A stretch of DNA of 64,000 nucleotides from Alsobacter soli (GTDB lineage Bacteria > Pseudomonadota > Alphaproteobacteria > Rhizobiales > Beijerinckiaceae), in the NCBI GenBank assembly GCA_945883115.1, contig CAMCXA010000005.1:6479-70478 (forward strand), in the 5' to 3' direction. Below, one piece after another: positions 36,588 through 43,502 of this stretch. Made by a program: the position numbers and the translations under genes. The notes under the pieces are model-generated. The model saw only the letters and a list, made by a program, of their open reading frames with translations, ran no database searches and was not told where the DNA came from. The number at the start of each line of letters is the position of its first letter. The first letter of the stretch is position 1.

Positions 36588-37721
36588 CTACGACGCAAGG
36601 CCATCAATCCAAGTTTTTTGTGCAATCAATTTATCGTCTAGGTGCAGCAAACTTGCTTTGAAGCCCGGCGCAATGCGTCCGTATTGTCGATTTACCTTCA
36701 GAAATCGAGCAGGAGTATGTGTTGCCATTTCGAGCGCGTCCGCCAGTTCAATACCGATTTCGTTTACGAGATATCGGATTGACTGCAGAAGCGTAACGCC
36801 ACTGCCTGCAAGCGTTCCATTTTCGAGTGTCAACTTCGTTCCAATTCGTTCGACAGTGCGACCCTGTAACTTGAAGTGAGCAGGGCCACCAGCTGCGGAG
36901 GGCATTGCGTCTGAGACGAGCGCCAATCCTTTTGCCCCGCGGGCAGCAAACGCTACCTTTAATGCTGTATTTGCGACGTGATGACCATCAGCGATCAGGC
37001 CGCAGATGACGCGGGAATTTGACAATCCGACACCGACCATGCCGGGGCTGCGATGTGACAAAGGGCTCATAGCATTGAAAAGGTGGGTGATTCCGCTCGC
37101 ACCGGCTTCAATGGAGTTTAGCGCCTCCAAATCCGTCGCTTCTGAATGGCCCATACTTACGATTATGCCATTATCGACCAAAGCTGTGATTTGACTTGAT
37201 TGAACACGGTTTGGTGCAACCGTGACGACCATCGTACCTGCCTTATGCCGGATCAACCATTCCAGATCTTCACTGGTCATACTTTGGATGAATTGGCGAG
37301 GATGGGCACCAGATCTCGATTCGTCGATAAATGGACCTTCAACATGAATGCCGAGAAGGCCTGGCACAAAATCCTTGGCTGCTTTTACGGCGTTTAGCGC
37401 CTCTGTCATTACTTTTCGGGAATCGGTGATAACCGTAATCAAGCATTCTGTTGTTCCTTCCCGGCGGTGCGCGGCAAGAATATTGCGGATTCCCGCTACT
37501 GTCGGTGTTTCGTTAAACAAAACACCGCCGCCACCATTGATCTGCCAATCGATGAGACCCGGCGATAAGATGCCCCCTTCAAGATCGTGCTCGATACAGT
37601 GTTTAGGGCGTTCTGAGAAAGGAACAATTCCTTCAATTAAGCCATTATCGACGATAACCGCGCAGTCATCGTGAAAATCGGTTCCGTCAAAAATCCGTGC
37701 GCCGAAAAAGACTTGTTTCAT
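36588..37721 (-). CDS. nagA: N-acetylglucosamine-6-phosphate deacetylase
   Basis: GLIDWQINGGGG, GIHVEGPFI, MGHSEAT, THLFNAMS, ADGHHV and VSDAM are the NagA amidohydrolase motifs. Confidence 0.85.
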   Translation of the reverse strand: MKQVFFGARIFDGTDFHDDCAVIVDNGLIEGIVPFSERPKHCIEHDLEGGILSPGLIDWQINGGGGVLFNETPTVAGIRNILAAHRREGTTECLITVITDSRKVMTEALNAVKAAKDFVPGLLGIHVEGPFIDESRSGAHPRQFIQSMTSEDLEWLIRHKAGTMVVTVAPNRVQSSQITALVDNGIIVSMGHSEATDLEALNSIEAGASGITHLFNAMSPLSHRSPGMVGVGLSNSRVICGLIADGHHVANTALKVAFAARGAKGLALVSDAMPSAAGGPAHFKLQGRTVERIGTKLTLENGTLAGSGVTLLQSIRYLVNEIGIELADALEMATHTPARFLKVNRQYGRIAPGFKASLLHLDDKLIAQKTWIDGLAS

Positions 37722-37797
37722 GATTAGCCCTCTTCAGGCCTTTCTAATTTTAAGCGAAATTGCGCTACTTTCATTGCTTTTCATTAGTATCGCAGGA

Positions 37798-38673
37798 TCA
37801 TGCAATATTTCCGCCTGCCAGCATAATCGCACCGTCGATTGGGTCTCGTTCTGGCTTTACAATATCAAATTTCGAGTTTTGGGAAAGATAGGGCAATATC
37901 GCGCCGGAGATTCCACCGACAAGAGCAATATTTGTAACTCCGAGAGCGCTTACAGCCAATGCAAGAGCATGAATTGCTTTGGCCGCATCCTTGATGATCG
38001 GCAAGGCTACATCATCACCGTTATTGGCAAAATCAAATACAATCGGAGCAAATGACGCATAATCACCTGATTTTGCGCTCAATGACCATCGTGTAATGGC
38101 CAAAGAATCATTGTCAAATCGTGCCATCACTTTCCGTGTCAGTTGTGTGTGATCGCGTAAGCCATCTGCGGCAAGCAAGGCCTGACGAAGGGCGTCCCAT
38201 CCAATTCGAGCGCCAGAACCGTCGTCGCCAAGCGCAAAACCCCGGCCGCCGATACTGATCGCTTTTCCTTTTTGGCGAGCTAAACCAGCGGTTCCTGTTC
38301 CTGCAATCACCAATCCGCCATCGCAGTCTCCGTGAGCACCGATGCAGGCGGCAACGGCATCAGAAGCTACAATGACTCTTCCAAAATCTAGAAATTCATT
38401 TGCAACTCGATGTTCGTCACCGGAAGCCAAAATGCCGGCTAGGCCAAGACCGAGAGAGATTTCTGTATGTTCAATTGCCGATATTTCAGCTTTCCGAAGT
38501 AAATTTCCGATCAAAATTTTTATTGTCGTGATCGAATCCAAAAAATTGAGATGGACGTTGGCGGAACCGGCCTCGTCCTCCGCCAAAATCTTCCCGTTGA
38601 TATTGCGCAATCGTCCGCGGCAACGCGTACCGCCTCCGTCAATTCCGATTGTGTATGGCAGCTTTGGGGTCAC
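37798..38673 (-). CDS. BadF/BadG/BcrA/BcrD-type ATPase, N-acetylglucosamine kinase-like
   Basis: N-terminal IGIDGGGTRCRGRL phosphate-binding motif. 291 aa. It lies directly upstream of nagA. Confidence 0.7.
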   Translation of the reverse strand: MTPKLPYTIGIDGGGTRCRGRLRNINGKILAEDEAGSANVHLNFLDSITTIKILIGNLLRKAEISAIEHTEISLGLGLAGILASGDEHRVANEFLDFGRVIVASDAVAACIGAHGDCDGGLVIAGTGTAGLARQKGKAISIGGRGFALGDDGSGARIGWDALRQALLAADGLRDHTQLTRKVMARFDNDSLAITRWSLSAKSGDYASFAPIVFDFANNGDDVALPIIKDAAKAIHALALAVSALGVTNIALVGGISGAILPYLSQNSKFDIVKPERDPIDGAIMLAGGNIA

Positions 38674-38711
38674 GGTGATTCAGCTTAGAAACAATTGTTG
38701 ATTAAGAACTG

Positions 38712-38728
38712 TTCTAAATCATAGCTGG
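38712..38728. promoter_or_regulatory. ICE-like palindrome TTAAGAA-CTG-TTCTAAA
   Basis: It has one mismatch to TTTAGAA-N3-TTCTAAA, the Irr iron control element consensus. It lies 39-55 nt upstream of the kinase-like start at 38673. A 10-nt palindrome AACAATTGTT sits next to it at 38700-09. Confidence 0.4.
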
Positions 38729-38990
38729 GATTACTGCAAAGCAGCTATTTTCCTGCTCAATGAAGATGTATTTATCCTGTTTTCCCAATGATCCAACTTT
38801 GTAAATTCTGCAATATGAGCAATATTTTTACGAGCTATTATGTTGAAAGGTAATACAGCTTTGTTTTCCAAGTTTCAGCCAAACTAGGCCGAAATAAGTT
38901 GCGAGACTCTGGTGCGATTTGCATTTAGGACGATCCCGAAACGTGGTTTTGAACGGTTGTCAGTGATTTTTTCAAGGAGAGGACATTAGC

Positions 38991-39923
38991 ATGACATCGA
39001 CCGTATTCATCGACGGGGAAGCCGGCACGACAGGCCTCGGGATTCGCGAGCGTTTGAAGGATGTTGCGGGTGTTACCGTCGAAAGTATTGCTCACGCGCA
39101 TCGGAAGGATCCTGTCGCGCGAAAGGCGATGATGGCGGACGTTGATGCGGTTATTTTATGCCTTCCAGACGACGCCGCGATCGAAGCAGTGGCACTCGCC
39201 GATGAACTTGGTGCCAATGCACCGAGAATTCTGGATGCGTCGACCGCACATCGGCTCGCACATGGCTGGGTTTATGGCTTCGCGGAGATGCATTTTGCCC
39301 AGCGTGACATGCTGATTGGGGCACGACGCGTTGCCAATCCTGGCTGTTATCCGACAGGCGGGATCGCTTTGATCAGGCCGCTCGTCGACGAAGGGTTCAT
39401 ATTGCCCGATTATCCTATCTCGGTGAACGCTGTGAGTGGCTATTCGGGGGGCGGAAAGGCCATGATCGAGGCTTATGAGGCTGGAACAGCGCCTGCTTTT
39501 GAGCTTTACGGGCTTTCGCTTGAGCACAAGCATGTTCCAGAGCTTCAAAAATACGGAAATTTGGACCAAAGGCCGATTTTTGTCCCTTCAGTAGGCAATT
39601 TTAGGCAAGGAATGCTGGTGAGCGTGCCTTTGCATCTGGATGCACTCAACGGGAAGCCAAAGGTTGCCGATCTCGAAGCTGTGCTGGTCGAACGCTATCG
39701 AAATGCGGAGTTGGTGCGTGTCGTTTCTTCGCAAGATTTGAGCGTCAAGGCTGGAAGAATTGAACCTGAGGCGTTGAACGATACTGATCAGCTTGAATTG
39801 CGGGTTTACGGCAATGAGGCACGCAGGCAGGCAGTTTTGGTGGCGCGGCTTGATAATTTAGGCAAGGGCGCATCGGGTGCAGCGGTACAAAATCTGAAAT
39901 TAATGCTCGGAATCGGCGTTTAA
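38991..39923 (+). CDS. argC: N-acetyl-gamma-glutamyl-phosphate reductase (short, type 2 form)
   Basis: 310 aa. The catalytic cysteine motif is NPGCYPTG and the N-terminus is VFIDGEAGTTG. Confidence 0.9.
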   Translation: MTSTVFIDGEAGTTGLGIRERLKDVAGVTVESIAHAHRKDPVARKAMMADVDAVILCLPDDAAIEAVALADELGANAPRILDASTAHRLAHGWVYGFAEMHFAQRDMLIGARRVANPGCYPTGGIALIRPLVDEGFILPDYPISVNAVSGYSGGGKAMIEAYEAGTAPAFELYGLSLEHKHVPELQKYGNLDQRPIFVPSVGNFRQGMLVSVPLHLDALNGKPKVADLEAVLVERYRNAELVRVVSSQDLSVKAGRIEPEALNDTDQLELRVYGNEARRQAVLVARLDNLGKGASGAAVQNLKLMLGIGV

Positions 39924-42044
39924 AACACCGATTCCGAGAAAAATCCGGTATTTGGACTTTGGCCGCTTTGGTTTGCCGGATTTAGGCTTTTTAGAAAATG
40001 GCGGCTTCGGAGCGCCCGGCGGGCGGTCCTTTTGCCATGGCTTGCGCTCGAAATCGCCTTTTGGGGCGGATGGAGCAGCTCCTGACGGCGCCGATTTCTG
40101 CCACGGTTTCGGCTCGAAATCTCTCTTTGGAGCGTCTGATTCAGCGGTTTTTGGCCGGTCTTTTTGCCATGGCTTCCGGTCACCATCAGCTTTTTTGGAC
40201 GGGTAAGGAGCCGCCTGTGCGGCATCTTTCTGCCATGGTTTACGCTCGAATGGCTTTTTGGCCTCTGGCGCAAAGGATTTTTCGGGTGCCGGAGCATTTT
40301 CTACCCGTGGCGCGCTCTCTTTCCATGGCTTTTTGAAGCCTTTGTCTTTTTTGTAGTCTTTGTTTTTACCAAAATCGCCTTCTTTTTTGAAGGAAGGCTT
40401 GCGATCGGGAGACGATCCGTCTGCCGAAGTGATTTTGATGTCCTCGTCGTTCGGTTTTGCGATGGCGGCGGCGAATTTTGCTGCGACGGACTGCATGATT
40501 TCAAACTTTGTATCCGCATCAAAGATCCGGATTGCGCCAATTTCGCGTTTTGTGACGTGGCCGAGACGGCAGATCATCGGCAAAAGCCAGCGCGGATCAG
40601 CGTTTTTGGTGCGTCCAATATTCATGCGGAACCAGACCATTGGGCCTTCGGCACGCTGGGAATCACGTGGCGATGAGGGCTCAAAATCGGATCTACCGCG
40701 TTCACGACGACCCTCATTACGGAAATTTTCCGGTGCATTCGCTATTACTTCCTCCGGTTCCGGCATGCGTGAGCGATACAGGCGGATCAAGGCGGAGGCG
40801 ACTGTTTCGGGCGTGTGCTGGACCAGCAAAGCTGTTGCGAGATCGAGATCTTCTTCTGTGTTTTCTTCAGTAAAAATCGGGTCGGCAAGGAAGCGCTCGC
40901 GGTCTTTGTGGCGGATTTCTTCTGCCGTTGGCGGGCCACCCCACGCAACATCGACGCCAGCACCGCTAATCAGCATTTCAGCCTTGCGTCGGCGATTATA
41001 GGGCACGAGGATCGCGCAGACGCCCTTTCGGCCTGCACGGCCCGTTCTGCCACTCCGGTGAAGCAGAGTCTCTTTGTCGTTCGGCAAATCGGCGTGGACG
41101 ACCAAATCAAGGCCAGGGAGGTCTAATCCGCGTGCGGCGACGTCTGTAGCCACACAAACCCGCGCACGGCCGTCACGGAGCGCCTGAAGGGCGTGTGTGC
41201 GGTCTGACTGGCTCATCTCGCCGGAGAGCGAGACGGCGGAGAAACCCCGCTCTACGAGGCTCGCATGCAGTCTCTTGACGGCTTCGCGGGTGGAGCAGAA
41301 CACAAGGGCTGTCGGCACATCGAAAAAGCGCAGGAGATTGACGACGCCATGCTCGACTTCGTTGGGGGCGAGACGGATGGCGCGATAATCGATGTCGACA
41401 TGAGGTGCGGCGTGGTTGACAGTGTCGATTCTAAGGGCATTTTTTTGAAAACGGCGGGCCAAAGAGGCTATTTCTCGCGGAATCGTGGCCGAAAACAGTA
41501 AAGTGCGCTTCTCTGCAGGCATCAAGTCGAGCATGAATTCGAGGTCTTCGCGGAAGCCAAGATTGAGCATTTCGTCGGCTTCGTCGAGCACAACGGCGCG
41601 CAGAGCCGAGACATCGAGACGACCGCGCTCCATGTGGTCGCGCAGACGTCCGGGCGTGCCGACGACGATATGGCCGCCCTGAATGAGGGCTGCGGCTTCG
41701 CGGCGGATATCCATGCCGCCAACGCAGGAAATCACGCGTGCGCCGGTCTGGCCATAGAGCCATTCGAGTTCGGCGCGGACCTGCATGGCCAATTCGCGGG
41801 TTGGGGCGATGACGAGGACAAGCGGGGTTGGCGCGGGTTCGGCGCGGTCATTTTGGCCTAAAAGGCTCGTAGAAACGGCCAAACCGAAGGCAACTGTCTT
41901 GCCGGAGCCGGTTTGTGCCGAGACCAGCAGATCGCGGTCATCGGCTTCGGCTTCGAGGACGGCGCTCTGTACCGAGGTCGGCTCGAGGTAGCTGCGCTCA
42001 ATGAGGGCGCGGGAAAGTGGGGCAGGAAGGACGGGAAAGGGCAT
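39900..42044 (-). CDS. DEAD-box ATP-dependent RNA helicase with a DbpA-type RNA-binding domain and a repetitive basic C-terminal tail
   Basis: Motifs AQTGSGKT, PTRELA, VLDEADEML, FSATIP and HRSGRTGRAG. The DbpA-like segment is WFRMNIGRTKNADPRWLLPMICRLG. The tail carries the KPWQK repeats. Confidence 0.9.
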   Translation of the reverse strand: MPFPVLPAPLSRALIERSYLEPTSVQSAVLEAEADDRDLLVSAQTGSGKTVAFGLAVSTSLLGQNDRAEPAPTPLVLVIAPTRELAMQVRAELEWLYGQTGARVISCVGGMDIRREAAALIQGGHIVVGTPGRLRDHMERGRLDVSALRAVVLDEADEMLNLGFREDLEFMLDLMPAEKRTLLFSATIPREIASLARRFQKNALRIDTVNHAAPHVDIDYRAIRLAPNEVEHGVVNLLRFFDVPTALVFCSTREAVKRLHASLVERGFSAVSLSGEMSQSDRTHALQALRDGRARVCVATDVAARGLDLPGLDLVVHADLPNDKETLLHRSGRTGRAGRKGVCAILVPYNRRRKAEMLISGAGVDVAWGGPPTAEEIRHKDRERFLADPIFTEENTEEDLDLATALLVQHTPETVASALIRLYRSRMPEPEEVIANAPENFRNEGRRERGRSDFEPSSPRDSQRAEGPMVWFRMNIGRTKNADPRWLLPMICRLGHVTKREIGAIRIFDADTKFEIMQSVAAKFAAAIAKPNDEDIKITSADGSSPDRKPSFKKEGDFGKNKDYKKDKGFKKPWKESAPRVENAPAPEKSFAPEAKKPFERKPWQKDAAQAAPYPSKKADGDRKPWQKDRPKTAESDAPKRDFEPKPWQKSAPSGAAPSAPKGDFERKPWQKDRPPGAPKPPFSKKPKSGKPKRPKSKYRIFLGIGVLNADSEH
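39906..39938. terminator. 11-bp stem hairpin spanning the overlapping 3' ends of argC and the helicase gene
   Basis: CTCGGAATCGG - cgtttaaaaca - CCGATTCCGAG. The argC stop codon (39921-23) lies in the loop. There is no strong U-run on either strand. Confidence 0.35.
40026..40340 (-). repeat. Coding tandem repeat with a 66-nt (22-codon) period: four KPWQK units plus one degenerate KPWKE unit
   Basis: CCATGG or CCACGG cores lie at 40035, 40101, 40167, 40233 and 40323, giving spacings of 66, 66, 66 and 90 nt. The protein units read (F/R)E(R/P)KPWQK(D/S).... Confidence 0.85.
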
Positions 42045-42284
42045 GTAAATCCGATCGGGCGGCTATTATGGACAGGACCGTGCCAGTGTGGCCGGTGCGG
42101 CGGTGTCCAATGTGGACTCCGCCACTGTTCGTTAAACGGTTATGCAACAAAATGCCATGATTTCTGTCATGGGGTGCATTCCGAATGTAACTTGGAGAAA
42201 ATGCCGGTTCTACTGGACATTTTATGGAAATTCCCAGTTTACCAAGTGGTATAACAGGGTGAATTACCATCGATTCTACCAGTG

Positions 42285-42350
42285 TTTGTTCCAGAGTTGT
42301 GCCACCGAAACTCCAACGTTGGAGTTTCGCCGTTGGACATGCCGAACAAA
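42285..42350. other. 66-nt symmetric hairpin/cruciform element with a 24-nt perfect palindromic core
   Basis: The core CGAAACTCCAAC|GTTGGAGTTTCG spans 42306-42329. An outer stem pairs TTTGTTC (42285-91) with GAACAAA (42344-50), with symmetric 14-nt internal loops. It lies 60 nt downstream of the fdsD stop and about 240 nt upstream of the helicase start. Confidence 0.6.
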
Positions 42351-42410
42351 AGCGGACCGTCACGGAAAATCCGAGTTGGTGATGATCGTGTTGTCAGGCT
42401 GATTTGGTGT

Positions 42411-42674
42411 TCAGTGGCGGGGCAGGGCGCTCTTGAACTTGGGCATGGCCTTCCGGAGGAGCGGCTTCAGGGCCGGGTCGATTTCGGAGAAGGTGGTGAC
42501 GAACTCGTCCCGCATGGTGCGGTGCCAGAACTTGTTGATGTGCTCGGCGATGGCGGCGACGCCCTGCTCCTCGGGATAGGACTCGAAGAAGGTCGTGATC
42601 TGGTGCGCCATGCGCAGGAGCTTCTCGGTCGGGGTCTCGTGATGTTCGATGTCGGTTGTCTGGGTTGCGGTCAT
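42411..42674 (-). CDS. fdsD: NAD-dependent formate dehydrogenase delta subunit
   Basis: 87 aa. It is the last gene of the fdsGBACD-ordered operon. The sequence LLRMAHQITTFFESYPEEQ...HINKFW is typical of FdsD. Confidence 0.8.
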   Translation of the reverse strand: MTATQTTDIEHHETPTEKLLRMAHQITTFFESYPEEQGVAAIAEHINKFWHRTMRDEFVTTFSEIDPALKPLLRKAMPKFKSALPRH

Positions 42675-43501
42675 GATGCGGCTAACTCCTGATGGGGGGC
42701 CAAAGCGCCCGCGAAGACGATGGCGGCGTCGCGGCGTGCGACGGCGATGAGGGTGACGCCGAGCTCTCGCGCCCGTTTGACGGCGAGCGAGGTTGGGGCG
42801 GAAATGGCGACGATGGTGCCAGCGCCGAAGATGGCGGCCTTCTCGATCATCTCGAACGAGGCGCGGCTGGTGATGAGGATGAAGCCCTCGGCAGGGGACT
42901 GGTTGTCGCGGAGAAGGTGACCGATGAGTTTGTCGAGCGCGTTGTGGCGGCCGACATCTTCGCGCACGGCGAGAATGTCACCCGCATGGTTGCACCAGGC
43001 TGCGGCATGGACGGCGCGGGTGAGGGTGCCAAGCGGCTGCCGGGTATCGAGGGTCAGAAGGGCCTTGTGAATGGCTTCGGCAGAAACAGTGACGGGAGCT
43101 TTGCCAAGCGCCTTTGCAGCGGGCAGGGCATCCATCGAGTCGATCCCGCACAGACCGCACGAGGTGCGGCCGGAAAGATTGCGGCGGCGGGCGAGGTGCT
43201 CACGGAAGCGATCGGGTACCAGATCGATCGTGACGGCGACGCCATCATCAACAGGTTCAGTGGTGATCGAGCGGATCTCGCTTGCTGTCTGCACGATGCC
43301 TTCGGTGAGGCTGAAGCCGGTGGCAAAATCCTCGAGATCGTCGGGCGTCGCCATCATGACGGCGTAGGGGATTGTGCCGTAAATGATATTGACCGGCATT
43401 TCGACGGCAATATCCTGCGCTACGGCAAGTCCGTCGGTGCCGTCGAAACGCATGCGTTCCGCCGGAACCGACAGGGAAACCGGGAGCAGGGGTGTTGCCA
43501 A
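42671..43501 (-). CDS. fdsC: Formate dehydrogenase accessory sulfurtransferase (FdhD/FdsC)
   Basis: FdhD family features are present (GRTSCGLCG, VREDVGRHNALDKLIG). The start is uncertain. I chose the TTG at 43501, just after the fdsA stop. The track start at 43609 would overlap fdsA by 107 nt, and an ATG alternative lies at 43453. Confidence 0.8.
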   Translation of the reverse strand: MATPLLPVSLSVPAERMRFDGTDGLAVAQDIAVEMPVNIIYGTIPYAVMMATPDDLEDFATGFSLTEGIVQTASEIRSITTEPVDDGVAVTIDLVPDRFREHLARRRNLSGRTSCGLCGIDSMDALPAAKALGKAPVTVSAEAIHKALLTLDTRQPLGTLTRAVHAAAWCNHAGDILAVREDVGRHNALDKLIGHLLRDNQSPAEGFILITSRASFEMIEKAAIFGAGTIVAISAPTSLAVKRARELGVTLIAVARRDAAIVFAGALAPHQELAAS

Positions 43502-43502
43502 T

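Noticed and set aside
40026-40340. Regularly spaced repeats that could look like a CRISPR array or minisatellite.
   Set aside because: They lie in frame inside the helicase coding sequence and encode a repeated peptide. The spacers are also conserved in character, and no cas genes are present.
39900-42044. Helicase genes (here and at 57791-59290) as possible defence-system components.
   Set aside because: Both are canonical DEAD-box RNA helicases of the DbpA/RhlE type, with all housekeeping motifs. They have no nuclease, methylase or other defence partners nearby.
42142-42402. An 86-aa plus-strand ORF and a 121-aa minus-strand ORF (41998-42363) in the fdsD-helicase intergenic region.
   Set aside because: Neither has a Shine-Dalgarno sequence, and both have Cys/Trp/Arg-rich improbable composition. 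They are built largely from the palindromic element, and one overlaps the helicase start. The region is better explained as a leader or structured non-coding sequence.
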